NCBI RefSeq assembly: GCF_000143415.4
Contig: NW_003314322.1
Coordinates: 859,798-923,797, forward strand
Direction: 5' to 3'
Source of the DNA: Selaginella moellendorffii
Taxonomy: Eukaryota > Plantae > Lycopodiophyta
Length of the DNA: 64,000 nt
The notes beneath the pieces are model-generated. The model was not told the origin of the DNA, did no database searches, and was given only the letters and a program-made list of their open reading frames with translations. Positions 12,966-29,500 of this stretch are shown here, one piece after another. The stretch's first letter is position 1, and each line of letters opens with the position of its first letter. Position numbers and translations under genes: made by a program.

Positions 12966-13923
12966 CAAGAGGCTGATAAACGCGCCCCGTTTGTCAACAT
13001 ACCATCATTTTCGTTCTCTCTCTCTTTCTTCTTCGTCCCTGCGGTGCTGCTGCTGCTGCTGCTTGCTCGAAGTACCAGCTGCCGATGCCACTGCGCACAT
13101 TCCCCCACACGCTTCAAACTCTGGCTTGATCTCTCCCTTCCCGGCTTCAAGCTATTTTCCTTTCGAGCTGATACATCATATATCTATCCATCGCCTTGTG
13201 CTCTCCTCCGAGAGCTTTCCAATCCTCCTCGGACTCTCTCTAAATCTCTCCACCTGTGCTTGAGTGACTCACTCGGATGTTTCTAACTTGGTCGGAGCGT
13301 GTGAACGAAGATCTATCCGGATAACTTTAGCTGCAAGCCTTGTTTGACCAGACGTGTTCTCTGGTGAATTTGCACTCTGGAGCTTTGGCAGCAGCAGCAC
13401 CCCAGTAGTAGTAGCAGCATCAAGGTTCCATTTTCTATCCCACCTCTCTCTTTCTTTTCTATAGCAGTCTTTCACGAAGCTCGAGCAAAGCGTGTTCCTG
13501 AATGCGTGCCCGCCGCTGTAAAAGAATTGCCCGGGTTCTCACTGTAGACTGGACACGCTTCCTGTTTCCTTCCCGTTGTTTCTTCGCTCTCTTGGTTTTC
13601 ATTGTCACTGAGGCGCCTGCTTGATCTCCTCTCACTCCACTTCGCAAATTCCAGTGCCTTTTCCAGGATCCAGCACCAGTGTTGACTAAGTCTTGCAGTC
13701 TCGATCATGCTCGTGGCTTCTAGAGCCGAGCGCTCGTGTGCAGTGTAAGAGAGTCTCGCTTCTCTGTAGCTCAGGAGGAAGCTTTCGGCTATCGACGTCC
13801 GTGCAGCATCAGGTCTCTCCTCTTGGTCGGTTCTCGCGCTGTTTGGAACAAGTCGGGCCGCTCGAGAGCGAGAAATTGTGCGATCGAAGAGTACACATGA
13901 AAGCTTCGAAGGCGTTCGTCTAA

Positions 13924-14083
13924 ATGTCCAGTCTGATGCTCTCCGAGTCGACGCAGCAGCACTTGTCCTCGGCCTGGAATCCCGTCGGCAGTAGCATGCT
14001 ATGCAAGCCAGAGACATTCTCCGCGAGCTTTCACGACCCCTTTGATCAGTCTTCCTTCTTCTCTTCGTCATCGTCTTCCCTCG

Positions 14084-14114
<31 letters not shown>

Positions 14115-16001
14115 CGACTTTTTGCTTCCATCGCCTCGTCTCATCAGGTATGCTCATCACCTGTGGAGCAATTCGGGATCGCCCAAGGCGCTGGAGCTGA
14201 AGAATCCGGAGATTTTGCGAAAGACCTCGTCGCCATCGTCCTCCACTTCGCAGATCACTAACGAGGCCATGGAGGGCCGCATCCCCAAGCAAGAACTCTC
14301 GGAGAGCGAGCTCGACGCGATCCTTCGAACGCTCTCCCACCAGCAGCAGCAAAGTCACGCTTCAACTGTTGCTTCTTCCGGAATTCCATTCCACGAGTTG
14401 GCCGATCCCGACCACCACCACCACCACCACAGTCAACAAGCTCCTCCCTCCTCGTCTGGATTGCAAACTCAAACCGCTGCCACGGCTGGATCTCTCTGGA
14501 ACTTCCCCGAGCAGGATCCATTCAGCTCGTCACCGCCGGATCACCACCCATTCGCCTTCCACGCCGCGACCAACAGCGATCACAAAGACTCCAGCCAGTT
14601 CTCGTGGAGCTTCTCTGATCAACAGCAAGCGCCGCGCGATCGCCAGCAGCAGCAGCAGCAGCAGCAACAATGGTTCTCGCAGCTCCAATCTTTTGGAAAT
14701 CCTGCCGATGATCCAGCTCCACCTCTCTACTTCCAGACACAGCCACAGCAGCAGCACATGCCCGGTCAAGGCATCCTCGGCGCGCCACCGTTATTCATCC
14801 CGGATCACCTGGAATTCGAGGAGAAGCCCATTCTCGGCAGCGGCGCGGCTGCCACAGGCCTACCTGGAACACCGAATTCTTCCACATCCTCGTCGCTCAG
14901 TGACGGGCCCGACGATCAAGACGCCAGAACTGCCGCCGCTGCCGCCGCTCCTGCGAGCCCGTCATTGGGATCCGGAGCGCCAAATGTCGCTGTTGGGAGC
15001 TCCAAGCGCAAGATGCCGCACGATGGATCCGGCGATGGCGGTGATCCAGACGCGAAACCCTCGCCCGGTGGTGGAGACAAGAAGACGTGAGTTTCTTTCG
15101 TAAGGTTCTTTCTTTCATTTCTTTCGCTGATCGATCGAGACTTTGATGCTTGCAGCAGCGCCAAGCCGCGCAAGAAAGGCCAGAAGAGGATCCGCGAGCC
15201 GCGCTATGCGATCCAGACGCGCAGCGAGGTGGATATCATGGACGATGGCTACCGGTGGAGGAAGTATGGGCAGAAGGCCGTCAAGAACAGCCCTCATCCC
15301 AGGTAAGCTCCTCTCTCCTCTCGAGTCATTCTTGCATTCGATCGATAGCAGTTTTGACAATATCGTCGTGAGCGCGAGAGATTTTGGCTGATCCATCCAG
15401 GTTTTCGTTGCATCTAGGATCTAGATTTTTTTTTCCTGTAGACTCTTTGCTCTTTTTTGGTCGAGCTCTAGCGTAGAATATTTACTTCTTTTCGAGCTGT
15501 AATGGATGATCTTTCCACAGGAGCTACTATCGGTGTACCAACACGAAGTGCCCCGTGAAGAAGCGCGTGGAGCGTTCTTCCGAGGACCAAGGACTGGTGA
15601 TCACAACTTATGAAGGGATCCACAACCATCATAGCCCTGCCGTGCTGCGCAGCTCCGCCGAAGCTGCTCAGTATGCAGAGCGATCGTTTGCTGGTTACTC
15701 GCTCTACTCGGCTGGATTGCTCCATCACCACCTCAACTTTGCGGCTCCGCCGCCACCACTGCCGCCGCATAACTTCTCCACCGCCTCCTCCGCCAGGACC
15801 AACTTCGATCTCACAATGCAGCTCTCGAGAAATTCCAGCCAGCAGCAGCAGATGTATCGACCGGATCAACTGGAGCACCATCACCACCTCCAGCTCCAAC
15901 ACGCTCAAGAACAGCACGAAAACGTTGCGAGTGGCAGGGTGGCGGACGAGGGCCTCCTCGAGGACATGGTTCCAACGAGCTCACGAACGAGGAACTTATG
16001 A
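13924..16001 (+). CDS. WRKY transcription factor, group IIc
   Basis: Exons 13924-15086, 15156-15302, 15521-16001 give [80 protein letters not shown] (C-X4-C...HxH). Gln/His/Ser-rich N-terminus. Confidence 0.95.
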
Positions 16002-18464
16002 TATATTCGATTCGCGATCGAGATCATCGTGGGACCAAGTTCAATCGGAGCCGAGAGCTCTATCGCTCTGATCATCAAATCACTGACACAAAAGCTGATC
16101 AATGCGGAAAACATCACCGAATAACTTTTGGGAGGATCGTTTTCGCTCGATGCTGACTCGAAACGATTTTGCGGACAGATCTCTCATGTGCATTACAATG
16201 AAAATGGATCGACCCTATCTCAGTGTACGGGAGTTTACGTGTGCATGGATAGGTATGTTCTCACAACCTCCAGTAGAAGTTCATACACCCAATCCATGAT
16301 GATTCCCGGATGTACGAAGATTATTCCCGGCTAGAGATTCCCCGCTCCACTAGCCCAACATGCATGCATGTGGTACGGCCGCGGCTATCCAGGAAACATC
16401 GAATAAACAAAAGAAAGGAAGTTGGCAAAACACACACAGTTGAAGAGTTTCTATCGTTCTCCATTGGAAGAATCGATACATACGATCAAAGGTTTATAGA
16501 TACAGATCAAAGGTTTGTAGGTGTTTGACTGGATCATCAAAAATCTCCTGCCTGGTCGGGAATGATCTTGTCCCATTTGTTCTTCAAAAATATGCGATCG
16601 AGTGGAGAAAATAAGAATGGAAAGGGAATCCCCGCAAGACTGGCATTTCTTTTAAAGAGCCGATCTTGTTCTTGCGGCCGGTCAATTCTTTTTCTGGACC
16701 AACGAGCGCGCGAAGCTCTCGTTGGCCAGTCAGTCAACCGTGGTCAATGGAAGCGTTGACGAGCTGCTGACGAGCCGGTGGCGTCACCGCTGGGCACTAG
16801 TGTGAATGGAGCGATTTGGATTGTGGGCTGTGAGTGCGCTGCTCCCGCGCGAGAGCTCTTTGGCGGTGCTTTGGCTTGCTTTGACTGATCGAGCGCATTG
16901 ACCGGCTAACGAACCCAGCGCGGTGCCACCGTAAGCATGAATCATCATCGCCGCGCTGCCGCGAGAGAGAGAGAAAGAAAGAATCAAAACAATGTCCAAG
17001 AGCTCTTTTTAAGTTGCCAGATAGAACTCACCTGGGAAGGAAGAGCTCGGAAACTTCTACACATGTTGTCAGTCCGTGATCCTGCCAGAAGAAACAAGAA
17101 AAAAAAGAAAAGATGTTATATCCTATTAGCTCGCTCTCGAGGATGGAACAATATACTCACCGGCTTAACAGTGCTCGACGAAATCATTGCGGAAGAAAAA
17201 AGGATGGCGCACTCCTGTTTTTTGCAGTGGTTGTGTTGCTTGTTCTCTCGCTTGCTCTCGTTCTAGACCCGTCCGTGACCGAATCCGGGGCCAGCTTTTT
17301 TAAGAAAAGCAAGCCAGCTGCATGAAGAGGCATGGTACGTCGGGAGCAATAGAAAGGAAAAAAAAAAAAAACGGGGAAGAAAGAGTGTACCTATTAGCGG
17401 TACAATCCGTCGGTTGGATTCCCCATCTTTGCAGAGATTCGAAGCAGCCGAAGTCGAACGTTTGTGCTGCTGGCTTTTCTATTTTATTACTTTCTTGCGG
17501 CCAAGGCTGTTCCATCATCATGCCCCGCTTTTGAGAGGATTTTGGAATCCTTCGCGCTGATCAACGTTTACTTGTCAATGGCCTCTCCAAAAGAAGTTGA
17601 GAATCAAATCGCAAACAAAAGCTTTCTTTCCTCCCCTTTTTCTTTTTGTTGGTACCTCGAGCGAAAGCTGTTGCAAGCACCTTCACCTCGTTTCCTTGAA
17701 GCTGCTTCCTCCTGCAAGTGGCCTTATTGTGCTGTAATCGGAGAACCAAGTGAGTCTTCCTTAAAGTAGTCATGCAGCTTCATCTGTTTTTGTCAATTTC
17801 CCTGTTGGAGTCGTAAAGGCTGGCTGGCGCTGCACAAAACGTGGTCGCTCGATATCAAGATATCTCGATAATCAAAGAAACTTCTTTTACCAGAATTTGA
17901 GACTCTGAAGCTCCCTCCAAGCATCCATCTCCATGACCGTGACCAGTGGATGCATCGTCGATTTGACGACTTTTAGAACGCTTGAAAAGCTGGGAGGGAA
18001 AAAGTGTTAGGAAGTATTATTCTTGAAACGTAATGTCACCGTCCAGCGTTCTCCAAAAGCTGCTGAGAGCCCGTCGTCTAGGCAACGTCGTTGTCTTGTT
18101 GCGTTCTAAAAGTCTGAACATATAAAGTTAAGTGTTGAAAGCACACACAAACCACGATTGCAACTTTCTCCTGGCTGGAAGAACACGATTTAATCAATCT
18201 CTGAGCTAGCTTACCGACTTTACAGGGACGATACATATGTATGAAGATGAGGCCTTCCTTTACACTGTGAAGACAAGGGGGAAAGAAAATCCATACTCAT
18301 ACGTCGAGTGGTAGTAAATTGGCGAGCATATCCGGCTGTCTATTCGATTTATATCACTGTTAGAAGCAACACAAATTTTCTTACACAACGCTATGATGAG
18401 TTTCTTGATGCAACGGCGGCCCTGGATACACAAGAAATAGAATGAAACTGCTTTCTTACTTTGG

Positions 18465-20160
18465 CTATTGCAGAGTTTTGATGTTGGCTTTCAAAGCTGG
18501 TGATTGTGTTGTCGGAGATTTTAGCAAACTAGAAACGCAGCGCGGGGAGCTCACCGATCTCTTGGGAGTTCCCATACGTCTTTGTCTCACAAGAGGGATC
18601 AGTGATTGGACAACGTCTGTGATAAGAGGCCTATAGTCCGGCTCCGGTTGAACACACATTGCAGCGATTGCAGCAACCTGCACGACAAATTAAGCTATAT
18701 GCTGCCACTACGTTTTACTTACTTGGACGAGCTCTTTCATGTTGTATTGACTCCTAAGATATGGATCCACCATTTGCGCCAGCTTTTCTCTATCAGTGAG
18801 CCGTGGAAGAGCCTGCACTATTTAGTTAGTTGAGAAACATAATGTATGGTGGGAGCAGCTCACCCAATTAACGAGCACGTTTTGTCCCGGAGGGCGCTTC
18901 GCATCGACTGGAAGCCTCCCAGTTATGAGCTCCAAGAGAACAATCCCATAACTGTATACGTCGGACTTTGTTGTCAAGTGGCCTGTCATGGCGTACCTGC
19001 AACCATATCAAAGGCAATCAAGTTGTTACAACTTGCACCAAGATTTGAATCTGGATTCTGGTAACACTTACTCGGGTGCGAGATAGCCCTGAGTTCCAAG
19101 AACTCGTGTAGAAGGTTGGCCCGCAATTTTATCAGCCCCGGTCTTTGCGAGGCCAAAATCAGCCAGCACGACATCGTTGTGTTCATCCAGAAGAATATTG
19201 CTGCTCTTGAAGTCACGGTGGATGATTGGAGGAATGACATACTCGTGTAGGTATTCCAGTCCCTTGGCAGCATCAAATGCTACTAGGATTCGTGTTCCCC
19301 AGTCTAAAGTGCTTTTTCCTTTTAAAGTTCGACATGTCAAGGATGATAGGACTGTTAAAAGCATTCACCTTTGGAATGCAGATGTTCCTGAAGGCTTCCA
19401 TTTGCCATGTAGCTATAAACGAGCAGCCTGTAGTCCTTGTCTGCACAGTATCCTATTAAATCCAGCAAGTATGGAGAATGGAGACGAGTAAGCATATCCA
19501 CCTGTGTTTCAGTAGAAGTCAGTTTGAAGAACAGTTCAGGACAGCTTACCTCGACCCTGAATTCTCGTTCGCCTTGTTTGCCTTGCCTGTCCATGAGCTT
19601 TACTGCAGCAAGTCTGCCGTCCGGTAAAACCCCGCGATAGACCAGTCCAAAACCGCCATGGCCAATTTTGTTTAACGGGCTGAAGTTGTTGGTTGCAGAC
19701 TGGAGCTGCTTGTAGGTGAAAACTTGTGCTTTCGACACCTCTTCTCGTTCGCTGCGAATGTAAGTGTCCATACTGTTTTTGCTTCCCTCTGAAATCACAA
19801 AAGCCCATCAAAAACCCATCACAAAAGAACAAATATGGAAAAATACTACACCAAATGGCAACAAGAATGAAGAAAACTTTGAGCAGAAACAGAGCAAGGG
19901 AAAAATACTAAGAATGAGAACTTACTTGCACTGAAAGTTCTTCTCGTCTTCAATTTGTGCCTCATGTAGAAGAAGTAAGCGAACGCTAGGAGAAGAACAA
20001 AGAGGGCCAGGGACGAAGTGATAATGGAGATGATTATCGCAATGCTGGTCCTGTTGCTGCTGCTATCGCCCGCATCACTTGTGCCATTACTAGGAGCTAT
20101 CCCCGTCGCGGATTCAATGTCTGTCGAAGAGTTCTGGAGGAGAATCCTCCTGTTCACCAT
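18465..20160 (-). CDS. Receptor-like Ser/Thr kinase with short ectodomain and single TM helix
   Basis: [10 protein letters not shown]..., TM helix [84 protein letters not shown]; multi-exon. Confidence 0.9.
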
Positions 20161-20802
20161 TGTCTTTCCTCTTGCTCTCTGCTTCTTTTCCTTCTTTGTT
20201 GGTTTTCGTTCTTCAACAATGTAGATAGCCTGGTTAACCAAACCTTTTAGCCATAGCAAGGTAATTCAACTAGTAACAGCTTGAACAAGGCAGAGGAAAA
20301 CTAAAACGAAAACAGATGGACACAGGAAAAAGAACTCAACTCGAACAGCATTTTTATTCTCACAGGAGCAGGAGCAGCAGGACCAGAGTATCAGGCCTTT
20401 AGTCATCGAAAGATTTGTTTGTAATGCAGCGGACTCAGGAGAAAGAGGAAGCTAGGACCCCTACCTAAGCAAGACTCCAAACATCCAGGTGAAGGTACAA
20501 AATGCCAGTACCTCATTGAATTCAGAAGGATCAGGTTAAAAAAAAAGTCTGGAAATTCAGGAACAGTAACAGTGCCTGCACGAGGACAAGGCGGAACGCA
20601 AAAATCATAAGAACCGCCAACAATCAATCAAACAAACAAACCTTATCGACGAGCGAGCAGGTCCCGACACGGCTTAACAGTGACTGGCCAGCGGCTGCCA
20701 CGAGTAGCCGTTGATTGACACCGTCCAACGGCTATCGCGCTGCTCTTCACCGTCGGATACCGTCAACTTGGATGTCCCAATCCTCGACTTAATGGGAAAA
20801 TG

Positions 20803-22550
20803 TCAATGCTCGTCACTGTATCTCCGCATCGTGGCCATGCTCTGCCACTGCTTCCAAGCATCCCGTAAGTTTGCAAACTCCAAGTCATCAATCCGGTTGA
20901 GTTCCAGTGACTCTAGCCACTGAGACCAAGGTGCCTCCTCTTCGTTCATAGATGAAGAGATCACCGGAGCTAGCTTCTCAAGCCAGAACGAGTTCATCCG
21001 CTCTGCGATTTGACTTGACACCTGTATTCCCAGTTTGGAGAAGAAATATCCGCCAGTTCCCCCCTTAGCACGAGTGTAACCTCCTCTGAACGGGAAAAAG
21101 GAGTTACCGGACAGTACGAGCCCGTGTGGTGGTGCAAGCGGTAACACAACTCTTGCATGCCGGCACGTAGAAACTGGAATGGCGTCCTCTGGCAGGACAT
21201 GTCGAAAGACAGCAATGGCAGTCCCGACCATTTTCCGAATCTGAAAGAAAATCATGGAAGTTAAGTCATCGAACGTCCGGAGAGCATTTTTACCTGGTGG
21301 ACCATGAATGATTCGCCTGTAACTCTTATACGTACAACCGACGAAGGACAATTGAGCTTTTCAGGTCCTTCGCAAGTGCATTTCGCAACGTTTCTGAAGT
21401 GCGAGGCTTTTACAGGATCTTTGCCTTCTTCCGATTCATCTAGCCAGTAAGCCCGTCGACCCGCACCCCGTTCCTCTCCTATGTCAGCAGCTGGGTTGTC
21501 CTGCTCGTCGTGTGTATCCTTGAAAGAAGGTTCCTCGTCTTTTGATGATTCTTCGTCGGCAATTAAGTTTCTAGACGGAGAATATGTCCCTCGCCTCTGG
21601 GATTTTCTGTAGAGGCGCCTGACAGTGTAATTGTGAAACGCGTGCCTGCCCTGATCAGAAAAAATGCACTTGGCCATGAGAAAACAACACAAAAATAAAA
21701 AGAACCTCTAGAGATTTCAACGTACGCCTAAAATACTGAATCCGCTGGTCGACATCTTCACTGGATGACTCGTTATTTATGCCAATGCAGGCAGCAGGAA
21801 AGTAGTAATCATATGTTCTGGAGTAGCAGGACCTTCTGGCATCAAAGGATCTGTAAACAGAAAGCCACACCAATGTATAAAATGCAAGAGCAAAATCTTT
21901 TCTACGAACTTGGTAACAGGAACAACTCCAAATATTGATATGTTCGCCGGGAGGTAGGCATTGAAAGCGTCGGCAATCTTAATGCCGTCAACGTCATTCA
22001 GCCACGAATTCACAGCAACCTCGAGCTTCATGGTGACCACAGTGCATAAAGAATGGACCTGCGCTACATCAATCATAAAAGAAAAAGTTCCCAAGATTGC
22101 CAACGAGATACTTACGCCTTTGTCTGTCCTGCTGCTTCTCTTCCACCTGACTTTGTCAAGGTGTCTGTAGTTTTCCTCGGAAATCCCCCCAGCTTTGTAT
22201 ATTGCTTCTTCGAGCTCGTTTTCAACAGCTATAGAAGAGATGAGTAATGTGGAGGAAGAGATAAAATAAACTTACAATGGGTACCGGCGACTCCTCGCTG
22301 GATCTGCAAGCCTGTTCACGCAAGTAACACATTGAAAGAAACAGCCAACACGGTACCTTTGTAATCCGTTCCCACATATCCCACCCAGATCGCCACATTC
22401 TTCTTGAATCGCAGCACCTCATCCACAGCGGCGAGCTTGCAAACCGCGGCGCCAGATTCCGCGCCACGCCCTGCGAGAGACTCGCCCTAGCTCATCCTGC
22501 CCTAGCTCAATCAAGCACGGCATACCTCCCAATACGCAAATAGGTACCAT
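20803..22550 (-). CDS. tRNA pseudouridine synthase (TruA/Pus1 family)
   Basis: Spliced: MVPICVLG|GRG...KKNVAIWVGYVGTDYKG, catalytic motif SSRTDKGVHS, FDARRSCYSRTYDYYFPA, HAFHNYT, GESFMVHQIRKMVG, LPLAPPHGLVL. Confidence 0.9.
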
Positions 22551-22684
22551 GGCCAGGTTTTAGGGCTTTCCCGCCCAGCGTTTAAAATTTAATTAAACAG
22601 AGATTAGTTAACAATGTTGCTTTGTCGTGTGAGAAAAATCTTGGATGTAACAAAAGGAAAAAATATAAAGAATGTTGGACGAAC

Positions 22685-24959
<2,275 letters not shown>

Positions 24960-26555
24960 TCTCAGCCCGGAATTCTCACGCGGCCACCTCCCCACGCAAA
25001 ATCACCATCTATCGCCGCCGGAAGAACCCTAGCAATGCCGCGATCGCAAGCGCGCGACGCACATTCCCCGGCAAAGCATCGATCGATCGCCCCGCCGCCC
25101 GCAGCTCCTCCCAGCCAAGGCGCCGCGCTAACTCTCGCTTTTACCCTAGCCGAAAGGATAGTCGACAGGGAGAGCTTCATAGCATCCGGCCGTACAGGGG
25201 CATATTCGCGCCGGACGCGCGGGAATCGAGCATCGGCTTTTGCGCGGCAGGGAATCGAACCCCCGACCGGACATCGTAATTAGGTGTTGGATTGACGAGC
25301 AAAGTATAGCCACAAAGGCATTGTGTGACCCACCAGGAGCCACACAAGAGAACAAGGAGGTGGCCACTGTGAGTAGAGCACCTCTCCCAGCAGCGGTTAC
25401 ATCAGTGCTGGAGAAAAAGAAAGAAAGAGAAAGGAAGGAAAAAGAAAAAAAAAAAAGTGGAGAAGGAAGACAAAGAGGGATAGCATCTCTGGGGCAAAAT
25501 TCTCGATGGATCGATCCTTGCCCTAGAGAGAGCTAGAGGGATGATCAATGGCTTCTCTATCTATGCCCTAAACGTGTACTGTAGCAGAGGGGGTGAGTAA
25601 GCAGCAATGGCACAGGAAACCCGGAGAATTGGAGGGCGAGAGGTTTGTCGCGAGCTTCTTTAGGTAGTGGTTTTTTTTTTGGGGGTCTTTTCTTTTTTTT
25701 CCTTTCTCGTCTGATCCATCCACACACGCACTGCGGCTGGGTTGCTTTCGTGTCCGAATCACAGCAGTCGGGAATTGAGGAGCAGCCAATTCGAATGTCC
25801 TGATTGGGATTCCCGGAAGGAGGAGGAGGGATCGATGGTGGATCTGTGCGAGAGGAGAGATGGAATAGCGAAGAGGCATCCAAAGGAAGAGGACAGGGTA
25901 GCCTATGGTAGAGTGGCGCTTCTCCATCCTCTCCCTCTCTCTCTCTCTCAATCTATTTCTCTCTCTTCTCTCTCAATGCTCGAGGAGCTTCCGGAATGTC
26001 AATGCAACTTGCGCTGGATCGGAGGCAAATGGGGCAACTAGGCAGCGGCAGCGACGAGGAGGGATCTAGCGCGAGCGAATCGAGAGAGCGGGAGTGGTGG
26101 GCGAGGGATTCTTCCATTTCCTGGCGAGGGGTTTTCTTTTAGATCGTCTTGCCCGATCGATCCGGGGCCATTCTGGATCGGGAGCGAGGTGGGCGGCGGG
26201 GGATCGGAGGGATCCGTGGTGGGTTCTCGAGGATTCGTGGGAATTCACGAGGTTTGGATTGGCGGGGAGCCGAGGCGCGCGGGTGGCGACAAGGGGACGT
26301 AGGAGTCAGGGGGGAACAGGGGCAGGGCTTGGAAATAGAAGCAAAGGATAAACAACGAGCATAGCTCTATCTTCTCTTTCGCGCGAGGCGATCTCTCTCC
26401 CTCCCTCTCTCTCGCGCGCGACGACGGCGACCACGAATCCCCTCCTCCTCGAGAGACGTGTCGGTGGAGCTAATCAATCCATAGCCATAGCTCCATGATA
26501 TCACGGCTGAGGTAAGACCTCCGATCCAGCGAGTTTGGCCGAGCACCACGCGACG

Positions 26556-29500
26556 ATGCCAATGCTCGCGCCAGCGATCCGGCGGGGGCTAGCGGTCGTG
26601 GGCCTGGGAAGCAAGGATAGCAGCGGCGGTGGCACGGAGTCGCCAGAGGCGGATTTGACGCCTCCCGGATCGTCGGAGCTCAAGCGCAGCCTCCGCAAGG
26701 GGCTGGCGGCCGTGGGGCTCGGCCCCAAGGAGCAGGACACCTCGCCATCGCCGCCCGTCACCTCCGCGCTGCCTCCGCAAGAGGAGATCCTCAAGCAGCG
26801 GATTTGCGAGCTCGAGGAATCGCACGCGCGGCTTACCACTGCCTTGATCCATGTTATCAACAACGCGCCGGAGCCCGTGCTCGGCACTCTGGAGCCGGTG
26901 CTCGAGACGCTCGATCCGTCCATCCTTCCGCCAAAGCAAGCGTCGGGCTCCGACCAAGGGAGCCGCGAGTCGTCCGTCAAGGACGTGGATTCGCCGGTTC
27001 TACTACCGCCGATCGACACCACCTCCGAGGCCAGCCCGGTGACCGCCCCAGTGGATTTTATCACTGTCGAAGGGAGTGGTGGTGGTGGCGGTGGTGGTGG
27101 CGGTGGTGGCGGTGGTGGCGGCGGTGGTGGCAGCGGTGGCAATGAAGGTGGTGCTGGCGGCGATGGAAGTGATTTTCTATCGGCCTCGAGGAAGATGCTT
27201 CCCAAGCACTTTGGCAACGTCTTGCAGTCCATGGGACAGGCCGTGTACATCTTCACTCCCTCTGGCGAGGTGACATACTGGTGAGTTCTTCGCAAAGGTT
27301 GGATGGATTTTTCGAGAGCTTTTGCCAACTTCGCTTGCTTGCTTCTTCCCAAAGTTTGGATTTTGCGAGAGCTCTGCCAACTTCTCTTGCAAAGTTTGTA
27401 TTTTTTTCTAGAGCTCTGGCAACTTTTCTTTCTTGTTCTTTGGCAGGAACCACGCCGCGGAGCTTCTTTTTGGGTGGAGCGAGGCCGAGGCGGTGGGACG
27501 CAAGGTGTCCGAGCTCATTGTGGAGCAGTCGGCTCAGGGGTTCTTGTCGGAGCTGGTTGCGCGGCTAGGGAATGGCGAGTCGTGGACGGGCCAGTTCCCG
27601 CTCAGGAAGAAGAACGGGGAGGTTTTCACCGCCTCGGTCTCGGACAATCCGTTCTATGACGACAATGGTGTGCTCATGGGCATCGTCGGCGTGGCCCACG
27701 ACGTACGTATGCTCCAGGAGCAGCCGAATCCACTGGCGGCTCCTCGAGAGAACTGGGAAGATCTGGAGAAGCAGCACAAAAAAACTCCGTTTCCGTCATC
27801 GATCTCTCAGTTGGTACGAGTGATGCTTTCCAAGTTGAGATCTTTCTGTTCTTACTTTCGGTTTCCTTCCTTGCCAGGCTTCTAAAGTTATGTCAAAGTT
27901 GCGAGTGAACGACAACAGCGACGATCGAGAAGGTGGCAGCAATGGCAGCCAGAAATCCCACGAAGAATCGCCCGGTGACAAGGAAAGGCACGACTTCCAG
28001 TCTCCGCCAGGGAGCGGGCCATCGCCAACCAAAAACTCCTCGAGACAGCAGCAGCAGCTCGATTCGGACGGAAGTCCCCACGGCGAAGAGAACCGCTGGA
28101 ACGGTGCTCGGAGAGCTCTGAGCAACAAGGCCGAGACGTGGATGGCGAAGAAAGGAATAAGCTGGCCGTGGAACTCTCCTCCGGATTACAGTGACTCGTC
28201 GGACTCAAGCGTGAAGAAGAACAACATCATCTGGCGACTCGTGAAAAAGCCGAGAGATCATGAAAGCGGAGAGAACAGACCGAGGTTCGGGCATAGCCAC
28301 AGCACCCCTCCCAGGCTCTACAACCCCGGCAGCCATGATCCGGAGGAGTTCGTCGGAAGTGGTGCCAGTGGACGAAGCAGCGAGTCGAGCTTCCAAAGTT
28401 TGAACCATTCGGGAGTGGAGGACGCGGAGGAGATTCGCTGGGAGGAGCTCACGATCCGCGAGCTGATCGGACAGGGTGAGTGTCAAAGTTTGATCGGTCA
28501 AGTCTCTCTTTCTTTGCTTTTTTCCGCTGAGAGTGTGCTTGGCTTAACAGGCTCCTGTGGATCCGTGTACCGTGGAATGTGGTGTGGCTCTGTAAGTGCG
28601 CTTTTGTTTTCTAAAAGTTTGAGCTTTCGTCACTCGTGATTGTCTTTCCAGGACGTCGCTGTCAAGGTTTTCTCCGAGCGTGGATTTTCTCCAGCTCTTC
28701 TGGATGATTTCCGCAAGGAGGTGGCGATCATGAGGAAAGTCCGCCACCCGAATGTGCTGCTGTTCATGGGAGCCGTGGCGACGCCGGACAATCTCTGCAT
28801 TGTCACCGAGTTTCTTCCTCGGTGAGATTCGATCTTATCCTTCGTGTTTCCATTTCTTCCGTTCTGGATTGTGACCGGAAGTTTGTGGTCGTGGCAGTGG
28901 AAGTTTGTTTCGCTTGTTGCATCGGAAAACTCCTGGATTGGATCTGAGGCGCCGACTGAGAATGGCTTTAGACATTGTAAGTTGATAGATCTTTCTTCTC
29001 TCCTTTTCTCTTGAGAGTGACTTGGTAATGACAGGCACGAGGAATGAATTATCTTCACCACTGCAAGCCTCCAATCGTTCACCGCGATCTCAAGTCCTCG
29101 AACCTCCTCGTGGACAAAGATTGGACCGTCAAGGCGAGATTTTTTTCCTCCTCTCCCTTTCCCGGGGTCTCATTCCATTGATCTTCCAAAATGTAGGTGG
29201 GGGACTTTGGTCTTTCGAGGCTCAAGCATGCAACGCTTTTGACAACAAAGTCAGGACGCGGGACTGTAAGTTCTTCTCTCTATTTTCGAGCTTTTCTCTA
29301 AAACTTTTCCTCTGGCAGCCACAATGGATGGCGCCGGAAGTGCTGAGAAACGAGCCTTCTGACGAGAGGTTTGCATCGAATCAAATTCTTTCTCTTGTTC
29401 ATGGCTGGATCGAGAAATAATCTTCTGGTTGTCGCTGTTTCTAGAGCCGACGTCTACAGCTTTGGCGTGATTGTCTGGGAGCTCGCCACGGAACAAGTTC

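Noticed and set aside
13768-13786. AGCTCAGGAGG resembling miR390
   Set aside because: The match stops after about 11 nt and no star arm is visible.
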